From Camelus ferus (Eukaryota), in assembly GCF_009834535.1 (NCBI RefSeq), contig NC_045696.1, forward strand, positions 47,370,001-47,434,000: a DNA stretch of 64,000 nucleotides, read 5' to 3'. Below are positions 38,514 through 50,734 of this stretch, piece after piece. Both the position numbers and the translations under genes were made by a program. Position 1 is the first letter of the stretch. The number at the start of each line of letters is the position of its first letter. Below the pieces are notes generated by a model that had not been told where the DNA came from, searched no databases, and worked only from the letters and a program-made list of their open reading frames with translations.

Positions 38514-39846
38514 GTACAGAGCTCTTCTTGGTGGAGTAGACATTGACTAGTTCTTTGTCACAACAGTGGACTTTCAGAGTGACTGTCTTGTCTTTATTCA
38601 TTTATTTGATAAATAATGAAGAAGGTAATGGTTATTTGTGTGGAGGCTGTCTCTCTGCAAAGAAATATGTACATAGGCCTTAACATGCTTATTAAGTACA
38701 TCTTTTTATCACCATGATATCACAGTGTTGCTCATGTGGTTTGCTTCTGCACCACTCTATAAGGAGCTACAAAATTTTACTGAAAACATTACAGTACCTC
38801 AACCTTCTAGTAAGATTACTTTCTGATTCCTCTGAAAAAGCCTGACACTGAGACAAACCCAGATTTCTGGGGATATTCTGTTCTTTCTCTGATTTACTAA
38901 GCTTTGTGTGAGTAATTTCAGTGGCTGTTAATAATTGCTAATTTTTCATGAGTAATAACCTTATATTTGAAAATATATTGAAAATAATTTGTAGAGTCTT
39001 AGGTAAAAGATTCCATGTAGTAATCAGACAAGCACTTCAAAAGTATTCACTTACTGATATTAATTAACATCCTAATGGTTCTAAGAAGGAAATATCACAA
39101 AATATGGGGGAAACTTTGGGGAAAACCATTTGATGGTTTCATGGCTCAAAGTTGTGACTACAACCTCCATACCACCTTTATAACATTCGTGACACACTGG
39201 CCATTCTAGTTGTATTTTCATCTTTATTTCATTGTTTGAAAATTAATGTTTATTATTTTTCTAATTATAACAGTAGTATATGCTAATCATAAAAAAGCAA
39301 ATACAGAATACACAAAATATATAATAAATAATATGAAGTAGAAAGCAAAATTACCTATTAAATCTTAGAAAATAATTCCCATTTACAAATTATTTTATAG
39401 CTTACAGACCTTTTTCTGTGCATGCACATTTTAAAAATGTTTTAATATAAAATGAGTTCTGCCATAAATGCTATGCCAATCTTTTTAGGAGACATATTTC
39501 CTGAACATCTCTTATGCTCAGACATACAGATCTATTTTTATGGACTTAAGTAGAAATGCCATAATTTATTAGCATTCCAAACTTTAGGCTGCTTTCAGAA
39601 ATACACACTCTGTATGTAATTCTGTTTGCAGTTACTGAGAATAGCATGTGCCATTTAAAAAATAAGGGTAATATTAACAATTAGAAATATTGTTGTGCTG
39701 GTTAAAGGAAAAAAAGGGAGCGTGTATGTCAATATTCCTTTTCTTCATTCTACCCATTTTCTGAGGTATAGAAATGTCCTGTTGGCATGGAACTTTGCAT
39801 ACTAATAATCGAAACTGATGGGTTTATAACTCTGTGCTCCCTGCAG

Positions 39847-39986
39847 GTGGCTGGCATAGCCTGGACAGTGCCAGCACCTGTGGGAGAAGCTGTGCCTCCC
39901 AGCACAGGTCTGGGAAGTGATCTCCCCATGAGGAACTGGGAGAAGATTACAGAGAGGCTGAAAACTGCCTTTCCACAGCAGACCAG
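39847..39986 (+). CDS. DZIP3: DZIP3 coding exon (VAGIAWTVPAPVGEAVPP...NWEKITERLKTAFPQQT(R))
   Basis: Acceptor ccctgcag|, donor AG|gtacct; inside ORF-track entry 39787..40005. Confidence 0.95.
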
Positions 39987-41293
39987 GTACCTTAGTTATT
40001 TTTAGTGGTGCGTACAGATCATACTCTACGGTTTCCCTAGCCATAATTATTCCAATGAAACATTACAGATAAACACAACACACACACATATAAAGGTATT
40101 TCCTTACCATGGCCTTGGTAATGAAAATGAAATTTATTAAGAAGGGGTAGTATGCAATATAAATGCTAAGCCTTGTCACTAAACTTGTTAGTTTTAAGTC
40201 ATGAGAGAATAAAATTTTAAATTTAGGTTTGCTCATTTACTGAAAGTACAACTGTTTGTAGACCTAGCTAATTTTAATGCCACCAGTGACAATAATTATC
40301 TTAATAACCTATTTCCAAAGTGAATTTTAAGTTAATTGTATGCCATATAAGCTCAGATATCAGGTTTTGCTTTCCTATTTCCTTAATTTTATTGAGGGTC
40401 CTTATAGTTTCTTTGCTAGCCATAGGTAAATGCAAGAAATCATTATTTTACTGTGCTTTTCGCAGTTCTGACTTTAGCAGAAAGATATTTAATTCTCTTC
40501 TTCCAGAAATAAAGTGTCTTTTATCTTTAGTCTTGTATCAAATGAAATTATCCTAATTTTAACTAGTATTTTCATTTGAAGACAAATGCTTGTATTTAAT
40601 ATATATACTGTTATGCTTCAGGATTATACTAAGGTTTTATAAATATAATGGTGAATAGAAAATTTCATTTGGAAAAGAAAACTACTTCATCACCCTACCC
40701 TATCCCACCAAAAATGTGTGCACAGGCTTTGGGTCAGTGGGCCATGGAAATTGAAAAGGAACATATCAGTTAAAATACTCCTAGGTTTCTTTATCACATA
40801 ATTAATGTGTCTTTTAGTCTTTGCTTTCTTGTTCTGTTTAATCTTTGTTTTCTGTTTCTGAGCTTTACAAAAGTAAAACTGTTAACAATGATAAGAGACC
40901 AATAGCAACATAGTTAAAAAGGAATATTTTAGTCCTGAGTAAGAGAGCATTGAGAAATATGATATAAAGAGCTCAGTGTATAAGTAAGTGGATAACAAAC
41001 TTAATTTTCACACAGTTAACTTTTAAAGACTGTTAAATCTCTATTTGGAAAGAAAATACATACTAAACTTTATCATTCATGAACACATTATTAATAATGA
41101 ACACATCAGAGTTTTCATTTTGGTTTAAGATAAATGCAGAGGGACCTATGATTACTTTTTTAGATCAGAAAGGTAAAAGATCACATCTATATGCCACAGA
41201 TCAATCATATGATAGGATTTTATATCACCTTTGGAGGGCACATCCACAAGGCAGTAGGAAAATAACCACTGCTCTTTCCTTGATCTCTTCCAG

Positions 41294-41414
41294 AAAGGAG
41301 CTTACAGATTTCTTACGGAAATTGAAGGATACTCATGGGAAGTCCTTATCTGGACTGACATTTGATGAAATCGTTAACAAAATTTCGCAGTTTATTGACC
41401 CCAAGAGATCTCAG
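41294..41414 (+). CDS. DZIP3: DZIP3 coding exon (KELTDFLRKLKDTHGKSLSGLTFDEIVNKISQFIDPKRSQ)
   Basis: Acceptor tcttccag|, donor CAG|gtgaaa; inside ORF-track entry 41079..41474. Confidence 0.96.
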
Positions 41415-41453
41415 GTGAAAAAAAAAAACCTTAATCTCTTTGTCCTTACCTTT

Positions 41454-42470
41454 ATTTTTTTTAATTCTATTTAATTTTTAAAGAAATTTTTTTCACTATT
41501 TTGTAGTATAATTTCTGTACAGTAAACTACACATATTTCAAATATACAATTTGGTGAATTTTGATAGATATGTATGCACCTATGAAACCACCACCACAGT
41601 CAAGATACCATACATTTCCATCACTTCCTAAGAGGTACAAATTTCGAACTCCCAATTCACCCACTTTTCCCAATTTTCCCACCCCTTTAATCCACTGGTA
41701 ACCATAAGTTTGTTCTCTATATCTGTAAATCTGTTTTGTAAATAAGTTCATTTATGTCTTTTTTTTTATATTCCACATATAAGCAATATCATATGGCATT
41801 TTTCTTTCTCTTTCTGGCTTACTTCACTTAGAATGATGATCTCCAGGTCCATCCATGTTGCTGCAAATAGCATTATTTTATCCTTTTTATGGCCAAGTAG
41901 TATTCCATTTTATAAATATACAACTTCTTTATCCAGTCATCTGTCAGTGGGCATTCAGATTGTTTCCATATCTTGGCTATTGTAAATAGTGCTGCTTATG
42001 CAACTGACAAGGAACTAATTTCCAAAGTATACAAACAGCTCAGATAGCTTAATATCAAAAAACAAAACAAAACAAAACTAAGTAACCCAATCAAAAAATG
42101 GGCAGAAGATTTAAATAGACATCTTTCCAAAGAAGATATCCATATGGTCAGCAAGAAAAGAAGCTCAACATCGCTAATTGTAAGAGAAATGCAAATCAAA
42201 ACTTCAGTGAAGTATCACCTCACACCAGCCAGAATGGCTATCATTCAAAAGTCCATAAACGATAAATGCCGGAGAGTGTGGAGAAAAAGGAGTCCTCCTA
42301 TACTGTTGGTGGGAATGTCCACTATGGAGGACAGTATGGTGGTTCCTTAAAAAACTAAAAATAAATTTACATTATGATCCAGCAATCCCACTCCTGCTCA
42401 TATATCTGGAGAAAAATATATTTTGAAAAGACACATGCACCCCAGTATTTCACAGCAGCACTATTTACAG
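41454..42470 (-). mobile_element. L1 insertion with 5' inversion (twin-priming structure)
   Basis: Minus-strand 3' UTR to ~41997, then plus-strand ORF2 C-terminus 41998-42470 (ORF track 42144..42350); TSD ttgtccttaccttt (41440-41453) / ttgaccttatcttt (42471-42484). Confidence 0.88.
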
Positions 42471-42914
42471 TTGACCTTATCTTTAGTAGTTAGCTTTATT
42501 ATCTCCATAACATGATCAGGAAATCAGTCTATAATCATATTAAATCATCTGTTAACAATAAACAATTCAACTTGACAAATGGCATGGGAAACACTTACCA
42601 GTTGATGATTCTAGAATTAAACTGATCCTCTTGAAATTTATTCTAGGTTACTTTGAATGATTCCAAAAGGAGACTTTTTCCCCCTAATATTCCACAAAGA
42701 CTTGTTTTTATTAAAAGAGCACCTAGAGTTATTTTTGTCTTTAGCTGGCTCTGAGTATATAAGTAATATCACCAACGTTTGTTTCAAGATTTCCTATGAA
42801 TCTAACTGACCCTCTTGCTAATTCTCACTATAACCTATTCTATGATATTCTACCAGTTATTCCTATTTGAGTACAATTCTAAAAAGAAAATAAATGTAAT
42901 AATCTTATTTTCAG

Positions 42915-43058
42915 AGTCAAGGAAAATCAGTGCCAAATAGTAACTGTGTTTCACCCAGCCATACTCCACCTCAGGCTAATGCTGCCCAGCCCTCAAAACC
43001 AGCCTGGAAGCCCCTCAGTTCAAAAGGTCCTGCCACGTGGGAAGGAGCCAATAATCTG
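42915..43058 (+). CDS. DZIP3: DZIP3 coding exon (SQGKSVPNSNCVSPSHTPPQ...GPATWEGANNL)
   Basis: Acceptor attttcag|, donor CTG|gtgagg; 144 nt; followed by a 79-nt intron. Confidence 0.95.
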
Positions 43059-43137
43059 GTGAGGCTGAAACTGTTGATTATAAATACATTTAAACTTGAG
43101 AGAAATGAGCTGAATTTAACTTGTGTATTTTTCATAG

Positions 43138-43239
43138 GATGATGAGGAAGAAGAAGAGGAGCCTTGTGTAATCTGTCACGAGAATCTCTCTCCAGAAAAC
43201 CTTTCAGTTTTGCCTTGTGCACACAAATTCCACTCTCAG
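43138..43239 (+). CDS. DZIP3: DZIP3 coding exon, N-half of RING-H2 (DDEEEEEEPCVICHENLSPENLSVLPCAHKFHSQ)
   Basis: Acceptor tttcatag|, donor CAG|gtaaac; encodes C-x2-C-x13-C-x-H-x2-H. Confidence 0.97.
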
Positions 43240-44752
43240 GTAAACTTTTATCAGCTAAGGGAAATTCCTACTGCCTTCCTTGAAATAATACACATGTATC
43301 ATCCACTGCTGTGTTATGAATTCTGCTGGAAATAACTCTGGGCTTTGGGTACCACACAGTAGCATTTATATCTGTTTCCCATACCAACCCATGAATTGCA
43401 TCGTGCTTTCTCAGATCTTGACACACCTAACATGAGAAGGGGACAACGATGAGATATAATGGGACATGGTGGCAGTTCCCTTGATAGAACTAGGAGGGAT
43501 GTTGATTCATGTGGCAGTTGAGCAACAGTGCCACTTCACCTGGACTTGATATAAGTAGTGTCCTTTGTCTACACCTAATGATGGCCAACTGCCATTAGAG
43601 CACAGAAGACTTACCTTAACCGTCTGTCCAGGCTCCTATATTTGCTTTTGAAGATTGTGAGGCTTGAGTTTTGATGTTAGAAAAATGTGAGTCTGGCATA
43701 TCTTTTGTTAATTCTTGGGATTTATATAAATTAACTCCTGGTGTTGCTGTTGTGCAAGTGCTATTGATACACAATTTATGATCCAAGTCTTCTGTTGCAG
43801 AGATGTAATTTGACACAGGAAAAGATAGTCTTAACACAAGAAAGGCTTCTCAGAGAAGTGAACAGTAGCCAGCTCATTCAAGCCATATCTGTAAGACATT
43901 ATTTCAAACATATGTGATACTTAATACAGAATTGTATTTTTCATCTGCTCTGATAAGAAATATACACAGAATGGCTAGAGATCCAGGATAGATATTTGCC
44001 ATCTGACTTTCCCATTTGAAGTTTCAGAGGTCCTAAAGATACTTTTAGAAAATAAATGTTTCACAAAACTTATTTTATTTTTTGCCATTGCCCATTGAAT
44101 AGAAAGCAGGTGATTCATTCAGGTTACTCTTTAGGGTTCGAGTAGTTAATGGGCCTCCTATATACTGCTATTCTTAATCCTCTCTCACCTGATCTGGCTC
44201 TCATTATTCATACAGGTAAAAATAATGTGTTTTTGGAGAGTCAATATTCAAGCAAATAACTTAACAGATAGTTCATAGCCAAAGGTACTACCATTATCAC
44301 CAAAAAGAGAGCAGTCTAAAAAAGTATATCCATTATGTAGGGATTTTAACTTTAAAACACCATAAGTACTTAACATAAGGTATTGTTGACTTTTGTATAT
44401 TTAGGTATGACTCTGGATTATAAATGAGAATAATATATAATAAACTAGAGAAAACATGTAACAGGTTTCCTCAACCTCCTTATTAGGAAGAACTGCTAGT
44501 CTTTCTGAAAATTGGGGTTGGGAGAAGGATCTTAATAGAATAAACTGGCTGAAAAGCGTTCTACTGTTACCGGCTATATTGCTCAGCCAACCACAGACAA
44601 GATGCTATGATTGTAGCATTTATCATGGCGATCCACCAAATAAGGCTCTAAGATCCACTGAAAGACATGTTGGTTGGCAACCCTGGTGTAACAGCTGCCT
44701 CTGCTAGGCTAAGTAAATCTGAGAGACTGACGTGCATCTTTTTGCTCCTTAG

Positions 44753-44863
44753 TGCATTAGACCTTGGTTGATGCAACAGGGGACATGCCCAACCTGCAGA
44801 CTCCATGTTTTGCTACCAGAAGAATTTCCTGGTCACCCCAGCCGGCAGTTGCCCAAGATCTGA
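44753..44863 (+). CDS. DZIP3: DZIP3 last coding exon, C-half of RING-H2 (CIRPWLMQQGTCPTCRLHVLLPEEFPGHPSRQLPKI*)
   Basis: Acceptor ctccttag|; C-x10-C-x2-C completes the C3H2C3 RING-H2; TGA at 44861-44863. Confidence 0.97.
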   Translation, partial: CIRPWLMQQGTCPTCRLHVLLPEEFPGHPSRQLPKI

Positions 44864-46480
44864 TTAAAGGGGGTGACTACGCAAAGGAAGTCTGATTTTC
44901 AGATTCCAGAATTTAGTTTTGCCCTTTGTTTAAGCTGATAGTGTGAGTGGTGTGAAGCAGTATGCTCTTCAGTATGTGCAGAATAATCTAGCTAATCTCA
45001 TCAAAGCTGCAGCCAAAGAAGAGAGGACAACTCCTCAGGACTGTGAACTGAACTGAAAGGGTTTAAAGAAGATGGAATTTTAAAAGTTACATTATACTTG
45101 CCTTTATCTTAGTAGATATTTTCCTCCAACATAAACATGAAAACTGTTAGTATATATTTTAGGATGTCTTTTCTTTTCCTTATTCCACTCATCCTTTACT
45201 TTCTCCCAAGTATACCACATTTTAATTTCCTGAAATAAATGTAAACACGAGAAGCAGGAAAAATACTTCAGATTTTAGTGTCCCTTTTAACTTTTAAAAT
45301 TGCTTATAAAAATTTATTTATATTTTATCTTTATCTTGCCTAGTCTTTTCTGTCCTCTAAAATATGTACACATGAAGAGATTATGAGCTACTTGAGAGTG
45401 GGGAACCAAACAGTGGTGTGTTGGAGCTGGCTTATAATGGTTTGTGAGAGATGATTTTTAGTTTCAGGAATTTTGTAAGCCAATTATTCAAATTGTTGGT
45501 CGCTTGAAATCTGCCATAGTAGGAAAATTTTACCCAACAGAAATTGGTAAATGCAGTAAGTAAGGGCTCTTCTTCCCCTCAGGAGCTGGTTATTGAACAT
45601 CTACCAGCACACCACTGGGACCGTGTCTGATGATTCCTGCTGTTCCCAGTGTCTTGCACAGTAGGTACAGCACACATATTCCCAGAGCCAGGAAGCAGTA
45701 AGAAGTTAGTGTACAAATTAAGTTACTTGCTCAGTTGAATAACTTAGATCATATGTTCATTTGTAAATATGCTCTTTGGACCTTAATCGTTTATACTTCA
45801 GAGGAATTTTTTTTCTGCCTTGAAAGTTTCTGATTTCACTTCTCATGCTGGGGGCTGTAGGGTACTGTTTCTGTGTAGTTGCTTCTTATGACAGAGTTGA
45901 CACCCATTGAGCTAAGTTGCATAGCTAAAGCTTGTCACTGAGAACTTTCATTCTTAGAGGTCAAAACTCATTTTGAAATTAGTATTGTGTAAATGCTGTA
46001 AGTGTGGTACATGTCTCTAGCCACAAAATTTAAAGAATTAAGTTACCTTGTAAAAGAAATGTTATTTGGTTCATATTATTTTCCATAAGTTAATGAAATT
46101 TAGACTGTGAATAAGTGTTTTCTGACTCAGCAACTATTTTACCTGTATATTTCAGTGTAAGTGTATCTTGAAGTTACTTTAAATCTCTATTTAAAATCCC
46201 TATTTCTGTAATCGTGCGCTAAATGTTTTCTTCTCTAATGAGAATAGACTGGAAAATGTGAAGGAAAGTACCCCCAAAGTGATGGCAGTCATCTAGACAT
46301 GTGAAATGTCATGTAGAATTGCACAATTCAGAACTTACAGGGCCTTTAATAATTATCTTGTCTACACCTCAAGGTCATGGTCATATAGCATATTACCTTG
46401 TAAAACAAATGTTTTTTAGTGTGTGTTTACAACTGCAATTTATTTTCATGTGAGAAAGAATAAATGTTCCTTAATTGAAT
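44864..46480 (+). other. DZIP3: Probable DZIP3 3' UTR / terminal region (extent and internal splicing unresolved)
   Basis: Follows the stop codon; candidate AATAAA at 45234-45239 and 46459-46464; a possible donor GG|gtgact at 44873 cannot be tested from sequence alone. Confidence 0.4.
45411..45617. mobile_element. MER63A-like hAT-Blackjack MITE, nested in an L2 fragment
   Basis: TIRs cagtggtgtgttgg ... ccagcacaccactg; internal tttcaggaattttgtaagcc; L2-like flanks (tatgagctacttgagag / ccgtgtctg...ttcccagtgtcttgcacagt). Confidence 0.8.
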
Positions 46481-46720
46481 TTTATCTGTGCATATCACTT
46501 TAACTGTATCCTGAAGCTACTTGAAATCTGTTTCAAACATCTATTTCTGTTTAATTGTGCTTAAACTTTTCTTCACTTATGAAAATGGGTAGGAAAATTT
46601 CCAAGAAGGCAGTCATCTAGACTTGTGAAATACCAGGGATGTCTTAGACTCATAAAATCTCAGAGATAAAGGGTCTTAATGATCCTCTGGTCTGTTCCCT
46701 CATTTTACCAAAATATCTTG
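46041..46720 (+). repeat. Diverged ~350-bp direct tandem duplication (2 units)
   Basis: ttaccttgtaaaa(g/c)aaatgtt at 46043 and 46393; tgtatc(t/c)tgaag(t/c)tactt(t/g)aaatct in both units; ggcagtcatctagac(a/t)tgtgaaat at ~46284 and ~46608. Confidence 0.85.
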
Positions 46721-47219
46721 CCCTAGGTCATGTGGTTAAATAGTGGCTCAGAGTCCTAATACTTGAGAGTCCTGGCAGTCAGTCATGTGCTTCCTCCATA
46801 AACTCAGGCTGCAGGATTGCATTGGTGCTGGTCTGTGGTTCTTGGTTCCAAAGAGGGAGCCAGAAGACTTACCAGGATAGCTGATATATAGTGAGAATGT
46901 AGTAGGACCATGCTCTTGAAAGTCATATCCAAGTCTGCAGATGCTGAAGGTAATGGGATTTTTCTTTTTGAAGTGTAATTTAACAATAAAGACAACTGTA
47001 GTGGTCGCTTCAGTATAAACAGTGATCACTGTCATGCCTGTGGCTGCTGAAGGATCCAGAACACCATCCTGCTCAGAAATCCAGTGAGAGAAGTAGCAAG
47101 ATTTTCATCAAAAACAATCTGTAAGCATCCAGTAACATCACTGCAGCTGCTGTCAGAGAGTATGTCTTGTAATGTTTTCCTTCATTTTATTGTCCATGTA
47201 TATAACATTTTCCAGATTT

Positions 47220-47430
47220 TATGGGACACCTTCAATTGTGTTTGTTACCTCGTTTGATCCACTAATAACTTTAAAGTGGATACTATCCTTTGTTTTTTAC
47301 AGATGATGAAACCAAGGCTCAAATAAGAGTGAAATGATTTGTCTGAGGTCATAACTACGAAGTGGCATTCTGGGATTTGAATGCAGATCTTCTGTCCCTT
47401 TGCTGGTGTTCTCTTTCAGTACTTCATAGC
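47220..47430 (-). mobile_element. MIR SINE
   Basis: ttttttacagatgatgaaaccaaggctc...gtgaaatgatttgtctgaggtcata...gggatttgaatgcagatct. Confidence 0.8.
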
Positions 47431-48829
47431 TCCATCCCCATTTTGAATTGACTTTGTACACAAAAGAAGTTTTTCTTCCTTTTAAATAGTGTTCTTCAAA
47501 ATGAAAAAATGAAACAGATGGTAAACCTACTGATTGTTTTGGACTAGGAACATGATATATGGGAAGAAAAGTTTGACTGACTTTTCCCTCAGATGTCTTA
47601 GTTTGCTTGGGATGGTTCCAGTCAATGCCTGTTATTTTGAAATATTAATAGTGCTCCCTTTTTGGCTCTCAGCATTGTCCCAGAATGCATGATAAATTAT
47701 ACCTGATGGTTAATTTTTTTTTAATCAGATTTAGCAAAGTTTAGCAAAACTCCTCTGCATTTATAAAAATTCTCCTGGAATGTCTTATTACGTAGTCTCT
47801 TGAGAATTCTAGAACTACAGTAGCTGAAGAATATCTGATTTATAGCGAGATAAAAATAACAAATGAATACTATTTTATTATGACGATATATGGTTTCTGG
47901 TTTTCCTGAGTAGGCAGTTTTTAGAGCTAATGGGCTCTTGTTCTTAAATATGGATCTTGGGCTACATCACATTTACACAGTGTGTTTACAAACATGCGTA
48001 TTCCAAGAGGCCACCTGGGAATCTGTTTGGAATGAGCACCCAAGTGTTCTGAAGCACACGAAGTTTTGAAAATCATTGATGTAGAAGAAAGTGGCTTTCT
48101 CAGGCAGATCTAGATTTGAATTTTTGAGTTCCATCTGGTACATTGTGTGATCTTAAACAAATTATTTAAATTTTCCCAACCAAATTCTCTGTAAAATGGG
48201 GAAAAGACTACTTGTCTGACAGAGTTATTGTTGGCAAATGAATGTATTAGTAGTCTTTGTTCCTAAAGTAGCATGCCTTTCATTAGTAACTCAACCTGTT
48301 TGAATTTACTCCTTGATGAAAAATTCTTCAGTTTTTTTTTATCTTCAACTACCCTTATTAAAATGAAGGGAGGAAAGAATAGAACCATTTAGTCCTACTT
48401 CAGTTTTATATGGCCCCATAATGTTGAGTAGTAAATCTATTGCATAAAATATCACTTCTCCTTAACATTTGATTGATCCACTTGAAGTACGTGAACTTTA
48501 GAAATCCTTAATACTATCTAGCAAGGTTGATAACTGACAGTGATCTAGGAGACTGAAAGTTTCAAAGATATGTAGGAAAGATTTCATCTTCATTTGAGAG
48601 ACAAGAATACTCATGTGTACACATTGTAACAGTAATTAAAAATTGTAAACTTCACTCTCAACTGCTTGCTCTAATAAATCTACTGTTATTGAACTTTAAT
48701 TCTTTCTATTCCTGATCCACATACAAATGGCTACTGAGGTACAGTTGTAGCATCAATACAGTTTCTTAGTGATGTTTTTGTCATTCATCATAGTGAGAAA
48801 AATTATTTCTGGGGTAACTGCTTAAAGTT

Positions 48830-50730
48830 ATAAAAAGAAAACATTACTGTCAAGCCAATAGAAGGAAAAATGGAATAATTAAAAAATGGTTGATTAAGCT
48901 AGAATGCAAGATAGAAAGAAAAGAGAAACAAAGCACAAAAGACAAATATAAAACACATAGAAATATGAAAGATTTAAATGACAAATATATTAGTAGTTAC
49001 ATTGAGTATCAGTGACTGATGTTTTCTAACTGAAAGACAAGGTTGCCAACTCAGATTATAAAAATTCAACAAAAGGAATAAAAAAACCCAACCATTTTGT
49101 ATTTTGAAGGGAAACACCTTAAAGAACACAGAAGTGTTAAAAGTATGTAAAAGTTATATGCAAAAACTAACCTAAATAAACTTAGCATGGCTACATTAAT
49201 ACTGGATAAAACAGAAGTTAAGGCAAAAATCATTAGGGTTAGAGAAAGAGAGAGAATGATAAAAGGTTTAAGAGAGAGACAACAATCCTCAATTTGGGGA
49301 TATTTGAAAACAAAGCCTTTGTAAAATTGATACAAGTAAAAGGAGAAAGAGATGAATCCATTTTCGTTGTGGGATATTTCCTATACCCATCTCAAGTGAT
49401 AGAACAAGCAGACTGTATTGACATTTATAGAACATAGCTCTAAACATCTGCAAGACACGTTACTTTCAGCTACACTTGGAAGGCTCACCAAAGCAGACCA
49501 CGTGCTGTGCCACAAAGCAATTGTCAGCAGCTTTCACAGGGTTGGAATACTATACTCTCTGACCATAGTAGAATTAAACTAGAAACTAACATCAAAAGTA
49601 AATGTAAAGACTTCCAGTTTCTAGTCCAACATAAAGAGTTTGGAATTCATCACTCCCAATATGACAATCAGAAAAAGCTGAATAAACTGAAAATCAACAA
49701 CTCTTCTTGAATCCATTAGAGAATTGAAGTCACAGGACAAATAGCTGCTTTGAAAACGGAGACAAGAGAAGGCAGAGAATCACAGCTTACTGGGAACAGA
49801 AGACACCACTAGAGCCAACAACTAGTAAAAACACTTACAGGGCTGTTAACTGATTGTTGGAGACTGAGTGTAGACTAGCTTGAGAATTGAAAACCCCTGG
49901 GGCCCCAGGCTAAGGGAGGGCCTCACCCTACTTTTGTAAGTTTTACCTCCAAGAGCCCCACCAGATTATCAGAGTGAAGATAAGAGAAAAATCCCCTTGT
50001 GCTTTCTTAATTAAGACACAAAAAGGTCTCACCATAAAAGAATGGATTAATAAACTAGATTTCATTACAATCAAGATTTTTATGTTTGTTATAAGACCAT
50101 TGACCATTGACTTCTGGCTACAATGAATCCTCCTTGTGTAGTGAATCTTCTCTGTAAAAGCAAAGTATAGAATATACTAAATTGTCCCCCAAAACTCTGG
50201 GCTGTAGAAGTCAGACAAATCTAAAACTAGATTGTAGTGATGGTTATCTAACTGAATAAATTTACTAACGAACTTCAAACCAACACTTAAAATGGATTAA
50301 TTTAATGTCGTGTAACTTATACCTTAAGAAAATTACTTTGTTTATTTTTTAAGACATACTAAGAGAGACAAAAGGGAAGCCACAGTCTAGGAGAAGATAT
50401 TTGAAATACCCATGTAAGACAAAGATTCATATTCAGAATATATAAAGAACTTACATAGATAAATAAGAAAAAGAAATGAACATAATATAATCAAAAGACA
50501 GGAACAGACACCTCCCAAATGAGGATATCCAAATAGCCAAAGGCACATGAAAAATGGTCAGCATGATTAGTTGTTAGAAAGCTGCAACTTAGAACCAATG
50601 AGATACTACTACACACACAAAAGTAGCTAAAATGAAAACAAGCAAAACCTAAACTACCATATTTTGGCAAAAAATATGGAACAGTTAAACTCAACTTCTT
50701 ACAAGAATGTAAACTGATGTAAGCACTTTG
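48830..50730 (+). mobile_element. Mosaic of old L1 fragments (EN region, a 5'-end-like piece, ORF2 3' region)
   Basis: ORF track 49507..49710 contains ILSDHSRIKLE (EN); 50380-50720 resembles the ORF2 C-terminus; several discontinuities. Confidence 0.7.
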
Positions 50731-50734
50731 AGTT

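Noticed and set aside
44864..45960. A further non-coding DZIP3 exon spliced from GG|gtgact (44873) to an acceptor such as ttcttag (45951-45957)
   Set aside because: Plausible, but there is no frame constraint to test it; needs transcript data.
47020..47125. Possible resistin-like (RETNLB) remnant, or a signal-peptide-like minus-strand start MKILLLLSLDF*
   Set aside because: Stop after 11 codons and no resistin cysteine spacing in any frame I read; similarity too weak to call.
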